DNA of 64,000 nucleotides, from IMG/VR virus record IMGVR_UViG_2595698451_000001, positions 32,001 to 96,000 of that record. One strand, given 5' to 3'. The stretch is from a virus (taxonomy: Duplodnaviria > Caudoviricetes). A program made the translations under genes and the position numbers. Positions 6,977 to 16,401 of this stretch are shown piece after piece. Positions within the stretch are counted from its first letter, which is position 1. Each line of letters opens with the position of its first letter. The notes beneath the pieces were generated by a model. That model did no database searches and was not told where the DNA came from. It saw only the letters and a program-made list of their open reading frames with translations.

Positions 6977-7898
6977 ACAATCATTTTCTAAGTTGACAGA
7001 AGATTTAGAAAAAATGAATGAACAAGTTTCTAAGTCTGAAGAGGCAGCTGACGCAGAAAGCAAGTTAGCTGAAGACGGTCTGACAGTGGAACCTGTAGCA
7101 GGTAAAGTCTCTGATGAAGGTTCTGATCCTGTAAAAGAAGAGCCAGCTGAAGAGCCAGAAGTTGTTGAAGTTACACCTGAGCAACCTGCACCAGAGGAAG
7201 AGTCTCCAGAAGATGAACCTAAAGAAGATGAGCCTCAAGAAGATAAATCATCTGAGGATGATAAAGGAGACGATGAGCCAGTGTCTAAAGCTGATGAGAA
7301 AGAAGAAAAAGAAGACAAGAAGGAAGATAAGAAAAAAGAGTCTAAGGACGGTAAAAAGGAAGAAAAGAAAGACGAGGATGTAAAGAAATCTGAGTCTGAC
7401 GAAATTTCTGTATCGGGTTCTGAAATTCTTGGTGCTTTTGAATCTATCGTAAAATCCTTCTCTTCTCTTAAAGAGCAGCAAAACGGACTAGAAGGTCGTC
7501 TGTCCAGCATCGAAAAGTCCATTACTGATCTTATGAACCTTGTAGTTAAATCTGAGGATGAAGAAGTCAAAGAAGACAAGGAGAAAGAAGAGGTAGAAGA
7601 GGCTGAGCAGGTTGAAAAGAGCAGCCCTGATCTGTCAGAAGGTAAAGCTGAGACTTTCATCTCTAAGTCCACAGAAGGGAATGTATCAGTTCCTGAAGCT
7701 ACTCAAGAAGAGGAAGTTGAGGAAGCGCCATTCAACCCATATGCACATATTGGTACAGCTACTGATTACTATATCCAACATGCTAGTGAGTGGGATATAG
7801 GACAACAATCTAGCTTCCGTGAAGCTATCCACCGTGTAAAACGAGGACAGCCAACACAAGCGGATATCGCTTTATTTAAAGAAATTGTTGAAAATTAA
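6969..7898 (+). CDS. Acidic scaffold-like head protein
   Basis: E/K/D-rich low complexity with coiled coil, between protease and capsid; AAGGAG RBS before ATG 6969. Confidence 0.75.
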   Translation: MGKQSFSKLTEDLEKMNEQVSKSEEAADAESKLAEDGLTVEPVAGKVSDEGSDPVKEEPAEEPEVVEVTPEQPAPEEESPEDEPKEDEPQEDKSSEDDKGDDEPVSKADEKEEKEDKKEDKKKESKDGKKEEKKDEDVKKSESDEISVSGSEILGAFESIVKSFSSLKEQQNGLEGRLSSIEKSITDLMNLVVKSEDEEVKEDKEKEEVEEAEQVEKSSPDLSEGKAETFISKSTEGNVSVPEATQEEEVEEAPFNPYAHIGTATDYYIQHASEWDIGQQSSFREAIHRVKRGQPTQADIALFKEIVEN

Positions 7899-7953
7899 GA
7901 AAAATCAGTACAAAGTGCTATATTAAGGTCATGAACACCTAACAGGGGTTTTT

Positions 7954-7988
7954 GGTAGTGGGAGTTCCTCCTCCTAGCTCCCACTATC
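7954..7988 (+). promoter_or_regulatory. Hairpin with TCCTCCTCCTA loop in the capsid mRNA leader
   Basis: 12-bp stem GGTAGTGGGAGT/GCTCCCACTATC downstream of late motif 7916-7925; no U-tract. Confidence 0.6.
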
Positions 7989-8050
7989 TATCATCATGAA
8001 TTTGCGATCCACTAATTTAAAATAAAACTTTTAGAAGGGAAGATACATAA

Positions 8051-9496
8051 ATGAACGGAAACAATCTTGAAAAGAATCAAGAGAAAGTTCAACGCAAGCT
8101 TCCAGCAGTAGCTGAACAAGTTCTTGAAACAATGTCGAAGTCATTTACAACTGGTTACGGTATTACACCAGACACTCAACAGGATGCAGCAGCTTTAAGA
8201 CGTGATTTCCTTGACAACGAAGTCAAAATGTTAGCATTTAACAACAGCGACTTCACAATCTACCCAATGATTAACAAGAAACAAGTAGACAGCACAGTTG
8301 TCAAATATGCTCAGTTCAACCAACACGGTCGTACTGGTCACAGCCGTTTCGTTCGTGAGGTAGGAGTAGCTTCTATCAACGATCCTAACATCCGTCAAAA
8401 AACCGTACAAATGAAATTCTTAAGTGATACTAAGCAACAATCTATCGCTGCAGGCCTTGTGAACAACATCGCTGATCCAATGACTATCTTGACTGAAGAT
8501 GCGATTGCAGTTATCGCAAAATCAATCGAGTGGGCAATTTTCTACGGTGACGCAAGCTTATCAGCAGACCTTGATCCGCAAAACGGTATTGAGTTCGATG
8601 GACTTGCTAAGTTGATCGACCAAGGTTCTAACGTGTTAGACATTCGTGGGCAAAGCCTTTCTGAAGCTGTCCTTAACACTGCGGCTATCGTAGTCGGTAA
8701 AGGTTATGGTCGAGCTACAGATGCGTTCATGCCTATCGGTGTAATGGCTGACTTCACAAACAACCTCCTTGATCGTCAGCGTGTACTGCAACCTGCTTCT
8801 TCTGGCGGATTCGCAACTGGTTTCGCTGTAAACCAATTCTTGTCTACACGAGGCGCTATCAACCTTCATGGCTCTACTATCATGGAGAACGATAACATCC
8901 TTATGGAAGATGTCCTACCAGCACAAAACGCTCCACTACCTCCACAAAATGTAGCGGCAGCCGTTAAAACTGGTGCAGGCGGTAAGTTCGAGAACGAAGT
9001 TGCTAACAAGCAAACTACTCTTGCTTACAAAGTTGTTGTTTCTTCTGACGAAGCTGAATCTGTTGCTTCTCAAGAGGTTACTGCGGCTATCAAAAACGCT
9101 ACAGACGCTGTAGAGTTGACTGTAACTCTTCAACCAATGTATCAAGCGCAGCCACAGTTCATCTCAGTATATCGTAAAGGTGCTACTACTGGTCATTACT
9201 TCTTGATCGCTCGTGTACCTGCATCTAAGATGGTTAACAACCAAATCGTCTTCACAGATGTTAACGACAGTATCCCTGAGACAACTGATGTCTTCCTTGG
9301 AGAAATGAGCCCACAAGTTCTTAGCTTGCTTGAGCTTCTTCCAATGATGAAGTTACCACTGGCTCAAATGAACGCTACTGTAACGTTCTCAGTATTATGG
9401 TACGGTGCTCTTGCTCTGTACGCTCCTAAGAAATGGGTACATATCAAGAACGTTAAGTACATCCCAGCTATCGCAGCTGACGTAAAAGTCGGTTAA
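8051..9496 (+). CDS. Major capsid protein
   Basis: KSFTTGYGITPDTQQDAAALRR, HGRTGHSRFVREVGVASINDPNIRQKTVQMKF: Herelleviridae MCP. Confidence 0.96.
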   Translation: MNGNNLEKNQEKVQRKLPAVAEQVLETMSKSFTTGYGITPDTQQDAAALRRDFLDNEVKMLAFNNSDFTIYPMINKKQVDSTVVKYAQFNQHGRTGHSRFVREVGVASINDPNIRQKTVQMKFLSDTKQQSIAAGLVNNIADPMTILTEDAIAVIAKSIEWAIFYGDASLSADLDPQNGIEFDGLAKLIDQGSNVLDIRGQSLSEAVLNTAAIVVGKGYGRATDAFMPIGVMADFTNNLLDRQRVLQPASSGGFATGFAVNQFLSTRGAINLHGSTIMENDNILMEDVLPAQNAPLPPQNVAAAVKTGAGGKFENEVANKQTTLAYKVVVSSDEAESVASQEVTAAIKNATDAVELTVTLQPMYQAQPQFISVYRKGATTGHYFLIARVPASKMVNNQIVFTDVNDSIPETTDVFLGEMSPQVLSLLELLPMMKLPLAQMNATVTFSVLWYGALALYAPKKWVHIKNVKYIPAIAADVKVG

Positions 9497-9537
9497 TAAC
9501 AGCTTAACCGATGAAAACTGAATAGTCAAAAATTAAT

Positions 9538-9568
9538 AGGGAGCAGACAAACTATCTGCTCCCTTTTT
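9538..9568 (+). terminator. Intrinsic terminator after MCP
   Basis: AGGGAGCAGA/TCTGCTCCCT plus T-run. Confidence 0.85.
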
Positions 9569-9598
9569 ATTTAAAATCAGATAAGGAGTGTTTTATAC

Positions 9599-9835
9599 AT
9601 GTTGGTAAACAAGTCACTTGCAGGAAAGGTAGTAGCTACAGAGTTCGGAAACATCACCTTCAATGAAAAAGGGGAGTCGAAAGACCTTAAACCGGAACAG
9701 GAGAAAGTATTCGCTCAGTTTAACGGGTTTGAAGTTGTAGAGAAGAAATCCCCTAAAGCAAAAGAAGAAGCCTCATCCGAGGATAAGGCTAAAGAAAAGA
9801 AACCAGCTGCTAAAAATAAGAAAGCGAAAGAATAA
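9599..9835 (+). CDS. Hypothetical protein (conserved position after MCP)
   Basis: AAGGAG RBS, 78 aa, K/E-rich tail. Confidence 0.8.
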   Translation: MLVNKSLAGKVVATEFGNITFNEKGESKDLKPEQEKVFAQFNGFEVVEKKSPKAKEEASSEDKAKEKKPAAKNKKAKE

Positions 9836-9854
9836 CAATTTAGAAAGTTGAGGG

Positions 9855-10736
9855 ATGGAAATGATGTTCACGAATGAGAACTCAGGGTATCCTTACGATC
9901 ACAATAATCCTGAGTACATCAAACCAGAGGACGTTGATAAGTATACTCTTGCAGACTACGGGTTCACGGTTGATGCGGTTAAAGCAAACCATTTTGGTAT
10001 GGACGTTACTGACCCTCGTACTGGTGAATACCTTCCTGATGCGTTCTACGAGTCCAAGATTGAAGCTGCTATCGCTCAGGCTGAGAAACGACTAGACATC
10101 GTTATCCTCCCTCGTATTCTAACAGAGCATCACGACTTCTACCGTAACGATTACCAGAGCTATATGTACATCCACACACATTCAAAGCCAATTTTACAAC
10201 TAGAAGATGTGAGGTTGGAATATGGAGGGAACACCATTTACAAGTACCCGGCGAGATGGTGGAGAGTTAACAACCTAGCAGGACATGTCCAAATGCTTCC
10301 AAACACGGCATTATCGGGAGGACAAAACGATCTGTCCCTTGTCCAAGCATATTCCAGCTATCCAATGATTTCAGGGCTACCTTATACAGTTGGAAGCAAT
10401 TATGCACCTCAGATGTTCCATGTCACATACATAGCTGGGATGCTTCCACCTAAACGTAGAGGTGTTACTGCTCCATTAGAGATGCACCCGGATTTATGGA
10501 ACCTCGTTATCAAAATGGCACTTAAAGAAGTATTCGAGCAATGGGGTCGTTTAATCCTTGGAGCTGGTATCGCAAACATGTCCATTCAGATGGACGGTAT
10601 TTCTCAGAGTATTGATACAACTCAGAGTGCTATGTACGGTGGAGCTTCCGCAGATATCGTGCAGCTCAACGAAGACATTGAGGGGCTTGTAGCAGGTCTT
10701 AAAGCTTACTACGGAGTAAACTTAGGTCTCATTTAA
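9855..10736 (+). CDS. Head completion/neck protein
   Basis: 293 aa; GIANMSIQMDGISQSIDTTQSAMYGGASA motif; synteny. Confidence 0.75.
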   Translation: MEMMFTNENSGYPYDHNNPEYIKPEDVDKYTLADYGFTVDAVKANHFGMDVTDPRTGEYLPDAFYESKIEAAIAQAEKRLDIVILPRILTEHHDFYRNDYQSYMYIHTHSKPILQLEDVRLEYGGNTIYKYPARWWRVNNLAGHVQMLPNTALSGGQNDLSLVQAYSSYPMISGLPYTVGSNYAPQMFHVTYIAGMLPPKRRGVTAPLEMHPDLWNLVIKMALKEVFEQWGRLILGAGIANMSIQMDGISQSIDTTQSAMYGGASADIVQLNEDIEGLVAGLKAYYGVNLGLI

Positions 10737-10750
10737 GGGAGGGATAACAC

Positions 10751-11544
10751 ATGTCTGAAAGACCAGCAATACTGCGTACCACATCTACAGCGTATTTTAA
10801 AGCGGACGTTCACGATACAGGTTTTAAAAGTATGTCTACTCCTGCTAAATGGGAGAAGTCTTATTTATGTCCGTGTAGACGTAAGGACACAAGACAGCCG
10901 GATCAAGCTTGCCATCACTGTAAGGGTAGAGGCATAGCGTTCCTCCCTCCCCAGGACTTCGATATCCTCATCCAATCAGAAGAAAAAGGAGTGTTTAATG
11001 GCGATCTAGGGCTTCTGGACTTTGGTACCGCTATTGGTACTCCAGCGGACCGAGAAATCCGACTAGCTTCCGGGATAGGATCACTATCACTGGAGCTCTG
11101 GTGAGTCAATCCTTTATTTTTAACGTGACTGATCATCGAGTTAAAAATGGGTTTTACATGGTGTATGACGTTCACCAGATCGAATACGCTGTCACTCTAG
11201 ACGGGGAGCTTACTGAGGGTGAAGATTACGAGTTCGATAGCAAAAACAATCTGTTTATACCTAAGAGTCACCTTTTAGGTAAGAACGTATCAATTAATAT
11301 CTTGACCACCCTGCGATACCTTGTGGCAGATTTATTAAAAGAGCATAGATACCAACGAGACCTAGCAGGAAACCTACTACGCATGCAGCAGAAGCTTCTT
11401 CTAAAACGTGAGGACTGCTTTATTGACAAAGAGGCATTTGATCTTGGCGTTAATGATACTCAGGTAACAGAGATGATAGAACCTAAACGTCAAGCTAAAC
11501 TAGATGGTCTGAATGGGTTCTTCTCAGGGTACGGTGGTTCCTAA
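10751..11544 (+). CDS. Neck protein, split by apparent frameshift near 11068
   Basis: WEKSYLCPC..CHHCKGRG; adding one T at GCTTCCGG gives ...LAFRDRIT and joins the two ORFs. Confidence 0.75.
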
Positions 11545-12176
11545 TGGCACGAGGCAGGAAGTCGATTAGACCGAAGATGTTCCAGAGCAAGGCAGCAACT
11601 CAGAGAGCCATGAACAACTTCGGTAATGCGTTGATACAGAGAACCCTTTCAGCAGGTGAGGAAGCAGTACGTAACGCACAGCCTAATGATGTTTCTGTAA
11701 CCCGGAAGCCTAAGTATTTAGAGGTAACGGAAAACAGACTTCGTAAGCTGGGTGTTATCGACTTAAAGCCGTTCTTTGCTAAGAGTTCTAAGAAGAAGAT
11801 GAAAAAAGGTGGGGGATGGTATCTCACTGTTCCGATCACTCGTAAGACTCGAAACATGTCAAGAAAGATGTATGACCAACTAAGGTCCGTTAATACTCGA
11901 CCTAACACGAAGAAAACTGTTATCACAGGTTATCTATATGATAGACGACAAATTTCAGATTCTACAATGCTCAATTACAACCCAAGGTCTAAAAACATTA
12001 CAAAAGAGCGGGTAGGTAAAAATAGGCACTCCTATGTGTCCTACCGTACAGTTTCTGACAAGTCCCCGGCTAACAGCTGGATTATTAATAGAGGTAAGGT
12101 TAACGAAGCCGACACTTCGAAAACGTTTATCAAGAACGTTGATAGGCTTATAAGATGGCAGATGAAGAACAACTAA
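11544..12176 (+). CDS. Basic neck/tail-completion protein
   Basis: 210 aa; GGWYLTVP and YRTVSDKSPANSWI motifs; synteny. Confidence 0.7.
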   Translation: MARGRKSIRPKMFQSKAATQRAMNNFGNALIQRTLSAGEEAVRNAQPNDVSVTRKPKYLEVTENRLRKLGVIDLKPFFAKSSKKKMKKGGGWYLTVPITRKTRNMSRKMYDQLRSVNTRPNTKKTVITGYLYDRRQISDSTMLNYNPRSKNITKERVGKNRHSYVSYRTVSDKSPANSWIINRGKVNEADTSKTFIKNVDRLIRWQMKNN

Positions 12177-12188
12177 AGGAGGTACTGT

Positions 12189-13054
12189 ATGGCTCTCCCA
12201 AGTATTGATACATATTTGTATAAGGAAATAGCGGAGAAGTTAGAAATTATCCTATCGAACCGCTATATTATAGAGGAAATATTAAAAGAAGTACAGCCGG
12301 AAGTCTCCACCAGTTTTATTGAGAGATTTACTGGAGACCGTAGATGGGAAATTCCGATTGTCTACACTATGCCGCAGATAAACAGTCCCAAAGGGGAGCC
12401 ATTTATATTGGTCTCCGAGAAGGGCAAGAATCTCAGCCTAGCTTGGGTAACATGGAAGACACCTACGATTTCAAAGAAGGGAACCTGTATAAAGAGGAAT
12501 CTGTAGTAGCTGCTACAGAGTCTGATGAACCGGGTAACCGCAGGCTGTATTTAGAGGTATCGCAGCCTATAGGTGATCTATATAACGTTGAAGGACTAGA
12601 GTTCGCTAGAAGCGATAATAAGACTATCGAAGGAAACCGGATTTACTTTAAATACGATCCCTCTCTTATTGGGCTTTCGTTCCTTGTGAACTATGTTGCT
12701 AAAGTGGGGGACGAAGAAGGTCTTAAAAAAGGTTTCACTGCCCTTGAGCACTACTCAGTTCTAGTAGTATCCACAAATATGGACACTGTACGCTGTCTAG
12801 ACTTAATTGTTAAAGCAATCCTCCTCATGATGAGAAGCAATGCTGAAGAGCACAGTAACCAGCTGCTCCAGAAGCTTCAATTCGGTCAGATAGAGGAGAT
12901 TCCATTAGGTACAACCGATGGCGCCACCCCTGAGTTGCTTTATGGGAGGGAGGCTATCGTGTCTTATACAACATCGTATAACTTAGACACTCCAATAATG
13001 AACATGTTAAAAGAAATCAAAATTAACGTGAACTTAGACGTAGAAGGGGAGTGA
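12189..13054 (+). CDS. Putative tail terminator/neck protein, split by apparent frameshift near 12376
   Basis: Overlapping ORFs 12189-12506 and 12344-13054 join with one added base (YTMPQDKQSQRGAIYIGL). Confidence 0.7.
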
Positions 13055-13299
13055 AAGTAATGGCTGGGTCTAAAAAAGACGTTAAAGAAGAAACAAAGAA
13101 AGCAAAAGCTGCCCCAAAGCAACCTACTCCTATTAAGCCATATATCCACGTTGATACGTTCTTGAAAACTGCCATCCCGCTATTCGGTATGAGTAACGTA
13201 CAAGCTGCTGGATTTAGAGCCCTCATGAATGGTCGTCAGTACCAGCGTGATGAGCAGGTATTTGTGGATGAGCTTAAAGCTTATCTAAAAATAAAATAA
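13051..13299 (+). CDS. Hypothetical protein before sheath
   Basis: 82 aa ORF (start possibly 13060) with RBS. Confidence 0.75.
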   Translation: MKVMAGSKKDVKEETKKAKAAPKQPTPIKPYIHVDTFLKTAIPLFGMSNVQAAGFRALMNGRQYQRDEQVFVDELKAYLKIK

Positions 13300-13323
13300 T
13301 CAATCGGAAAGGAAGATTAGAAT

Positions 13324-15033
13324 ATGGCACAATCTTACGGATACGACAGAGAGCGTCCACGTACAGAAGTATTTCTTGACTCCAGCAATTTGGGAGCCGC
13401 AAACGTAGCTAGTGAAAAACCACTGGTACTCATGGGCTCTGCTAACGGCGGTCAGCCACACGTACCACACTTGATTACCAACTACGCTCAAGCTCGGGAA
13501 ATGTTCCGTGGCGGGGAGCTGTTAGACGCAATTGAACTGGCTTGGAATCCATCACCTACAGCTCAGGGTGCAGGTAAAATCTACGCTATGCGTACAGATG
13601 ACGCTACCCAAGCTAAGTTCTCAAACGGAGGTTTGACTGTAACCTCTAAGCTGTACGGAGCAGATGCGAACAGCATTCAAGTAGAATATGCCGATAACAA
13701 CTTGACTAAATCTAAACGTTTCAGCGTGTATTTCACAAAAGAACGTTATGAGCAAGTCTACGACAACATCGGTAATATCTTCACCGTACAGTACAAAGGG
13801 AAAGAGGCTCAAGCTACTATCTCAATCGAAGTGGATGCAAACACTCATTTAGCTACTCGTCTTGTACTTAGTGAAGGAGCAGACGAGGAGTCTTTACAGC
13901 CTCTTCGTACATACGAACTAGGTCCAGGGGTTTACCAAGATGTTAACGTTCTTGTTAACGACATCAACAACCTTCCTGACTTCGAAGCAAAAATGAATAC
14001 TCTTGGCGGGAACAAAAACATCGAAACTGAGTACCTCGATGAGTTGGCTGCAACTGATGTTAAAACATCTCAAGTGGTTGTTACAGCTGTAGGTGCTGAC
14101 CTCATCAACCAAGTGTCTAACGATACATACGTAGCTGTTGAGGTAGACCGATCTCAAGCTCTCCCTGCATCTTTTACTCTAACAAACCTCTCTGGAGCTA
14201 AGACTGAACCAGCACCTGCTTCTTGGGCAGAACTGTTTAGTAAAGTAGCTGACTTGGGAGCTTACTACATCGTCCCGTTAACTGCTGAAGAAGCAATCCA
14301 TGGAGAGCTCTCTCAGTTCCTACGTGACGAGTCTAACAACGGTAATCATTTAAGAGGTTTCGTTGGAGGTAAGTTCAAGGAGTCTATCGAGACCATGAGA
14401 GGTCGTCAGATGAACCTTCGTAACTCTCGGGTGGACCTCATCGGTAACTCCGGTACACGCAGAATGTCTGATGGTCGAGTGTATAACTTCCCTGCTTACA
14501 TGAATGCAGCTCTTGTCGGCGGTATCGCAAGCGGTTTAGACATTGGTGAACCACTTACATACAAACGTGTAAACATCGAGTCTCTAGACATGAAGTTCAC
14601 AGGAGACCAGTTAGACCAGCTGAACAACTCAGGTATCATCATGATAGAATTTGTACGTACTCGTACTGCATCATACTACCGCATCGTAAGTGATCCAACT
14701 ACTTACAACGTAGCAAGTGATCCAGTTCAGAACCGTACATCTTTAGGAGAAATCTCTGACTTCTTGACAACTGAGATTCGTACAGTGTTGGATGAAGAGT
14801 TTATCGGAACTCGTATCCGTAACACATCTGCTTCTATCTTGAAGAACCGAGTAGAGTCCTTCCTCGACAGACAGAAAGACGTTGGCGGCTTGATCGTTGA
14901 TTATAACCCAGACGATGTTCAGGTTATCTTCACAGGAAATACAGCCCGTATCAACATCTCTGTAAAACCTGCTCAAGGATTGGATTACATCAACGTCTAC
15001 ATCACGTATGAAGATGTTGAGTTGACAGCCTAA
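13324..15033 (+). CDS. Tail sheath protein
   Basis: 569 aa; FRGGELLDAIELAWNP, FIGTRIRNTSASILKN motifs of Herelleviridae sheath. Confidence 0.94.
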   Translation: MAQSYGYDRERPRTEVFLDSSNLGAANVASEKPLVLMGSANGGQPHVPHLITNYAQAREMFRGGELLDAIELAWNPSPTAQGAGKIYAMRTDDATQAKFSNGGLTVTSKLYGADANSIQVEYADNNLTKSKRFSVYFTKERYEQVYDNIGNIFTVQYKGKEAQATISIEVDANTHLATRLVLSEGADEESLQPLRTYELGPGVYQDVNVLVNDINNLPDFEAKMNTLGGNKNIETEYLDELAATDVKTSQVVVTAVGADLINQVSNDTYVAVEVDRSQALPASFTLTNLSGAKTEPAPASWAELFSKVADLGAYYIVPLTAEEAIHGELSQFLRDESNNGNHLRGFVGGKFKESIETMRGRQMNLRNSRVDLIGNSGTRRMSDGRVYNFPAYMNAALVGGIASGLDIGEPLTYKRVNIESLDMKFTGDQLDQLNNSGIIMIEFVRTRTASYYRIVSDPTTYNVASDPVQNRTSLGEISDFLTTEIRTVLDEEFIGTRIRNTSASILKNRVESFLDRQKDVGGLIVDYNPDDVQVIFTGNTARINISVKPAQGLDYINVYITYEDVELTA

Positions 15034-15096
15034 TTAACAATGCTGGGGAGGTTATAGCCTCCCTAAGCACTTAATAAATGATAGGAGTGAAGTTTA

Positions 15097-15522
15097 ATGG
15101 CAAGTGTAACTAACCAGTCCGTACATTCCGCTAATACGGTGTACTTCATGATCAAGAACGTACCGATTGCCCGGGCACAGTCCATCTCTGCTGAACGTAG
15201 TTTTGGTACTACTGGGGTTTACCAGATCGGTTCTATCATGCCACAAGAACACGTCTATCTGAGATACGAGGGCAGCGTAACAGTTGACCGTTTCCGTATG
15301 AAGAAAGAAAACCTTGCAACCCTTGGTATGGCTGCTTTAGGTGAAGAAGTTCTTCAGATGGACATTATGGATATTGTACTCTACGATAACTACTCTCAAG
15401 AGGTTATCATCGCTTATCGAGGTTGCTCGATTGATACGTACAATGAAAGTACCAACGTTGGGGAGATCGTCAGTGAACAAGCTCGTTTCTACTTCTTGAC
15501 ATCCGCAAATGTCCGAGGTTAA
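15097..15522 (+). CDS. Tail tube protein
   Basis: ERSFGTTGVYQIGSIMPQEHVYLRYEG; follows sheath. Confidence 0.9.
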   Translation: MASVTNQSVHSANTVYFMIKNVPIARAQSISAERSFGTTGVYQIGSIMPQEHVYLRYEGSVTVDRFRMKKENLATLGMAALGEEVLQMDIMDIVLYDNYSQEVIIAYRGCSIDTYNESTNVGEIVSEQARFYFLTSANVRG

Positions 15523-15533
15523 AACAGAATTAT

Positions 15534-15556
15534 GGGACCTATAGGGTCCCTTTTTT
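15534..15556 (+). terminator. Intrinsic terminator
   Basis: GGGACCT/GGGTCCC plus T-run. Confidence 0.8.
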
Positions 15557-15569
15557 ATTTACTCTGTAC

Positions 15570-15597
15570 ATTACAGTTACTTTACAATCCTGTAACA
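15570..15597 (-). promoter_or_regulatory. Two overlapping WalR-box matches
   Basis: Minus strand TGTTAC-AGGAT-TGTAAA-GTAAC-TGTAAT fits TGTWAH-N5-TGTWAH twice. Confidence 0.5.
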
Positions 15598-15706
15598 GGT
15601 GTCTAATATGGAGTCCTTTGTGCTAAATTAAGTAGAGTGAGTAAAACAGATATCACTCACATTGAGCGCTAATAGGCGCCTTGCAAACACAGAGAGGAGT
15701 TTTTAA

Positions 15707-16294
15707 ATGAACTTAAAGAAGGGTATCGTAGCTTGTGCAGCAGCTTTAGGGGTGACTTTTGCCGGACAGTCTGTCGCATCAGCCGCATCCGTAAATACAT
15801 ACAGTGTGGTGGATTTCTTAGCTGCTCGTGGAGAGGACTCAAGTCTTAGCCACCGTAGTGAACTGGCTGCTGATCATGGAATTACAGGTTATAGAGGAAC
15901 AGCCAACCAGAACTTACAGCTTCTCGAAAAGCTGAAAGGAACACCAGCGGCTGTTAATAAAGTCACTCAGAGCAAACCTGTTGCCGCTAAGCCACAGGCA
16001 GAGGGTAAATCCCTTACAGTGGAAGCTACAGCGTACACAGCGTACTGTGCAGGTTGTTCAGGTGTAACAGCTACAGGGGTTAACTTGAAAGCTAACCCGG
16101 GACTAAAAGTTATTGCAGTGGACCCTAATGTTATTCCATTAGGATCAAAAGTTTATGTTGAGGGATACGGAACTGCCGTAGCTGCCGATACGGGTGGAGC
16201 TATTAAAGGGAACCGTATTGATGTGTTCATCCCTAGCCAGAGTGCAGCAGAAAACTTTGGGCGTAAAACAGTACAAGTAACGGTTTTAAATTAA
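15707..16294 (+). CDS. Secreted 3D-domain (MltA-like, YocH-like) cell-wall protein
   Basis: Signal peptide ending ASA-A; DUF3597-like segment; C-terminal ATAYTA..IAVDPNVIPLGSKVYVEGYGTAVAADTGGAIKGNRIDVF. Confidence 0.9.
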   Translation: MNLKKGIVACAAALGVTFAGQSVASAASVNTYSVVDFLAARGEDSSLSHRSELAADHGITGYRGTANQNLQLLEKLKGTPAAVNKVTQSKPVAAKPQAEGKSLTVEATAYTAYCAGCSGVTATGVNLKANPGLKVIAVDPNVIPLGSKVYVEGYGTAVAADTGGAIKGNRIDVFIPSQSAAENFGRKTVQVTVLN

Positions 16295-16320
16295 CAGGTG
16301 CCTAGCACCTGTTTTTTTTT
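16294..16320 (+). terminator. Intrinsic terminator
   Basis: ACAGGTGC/GCACCTGT plus T9. Confidence 0.85.
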
Positions 16321-16330
16321 ATAAAAACTA

Positions 16331-16359
16331 TTGACGAGATGTAATCTAGTAAATATAAT
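16331..16359 (+). promoter_or_regulatory. SigA-type promoter
   Basis: TTGACG-17 nt-TATAAT. Confidence 0.8.
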
Positions 16360-16401
16360 AGAGTTACAAGGTTAATACAAAGTAACTAGGGGGAAGACTA
16401 A

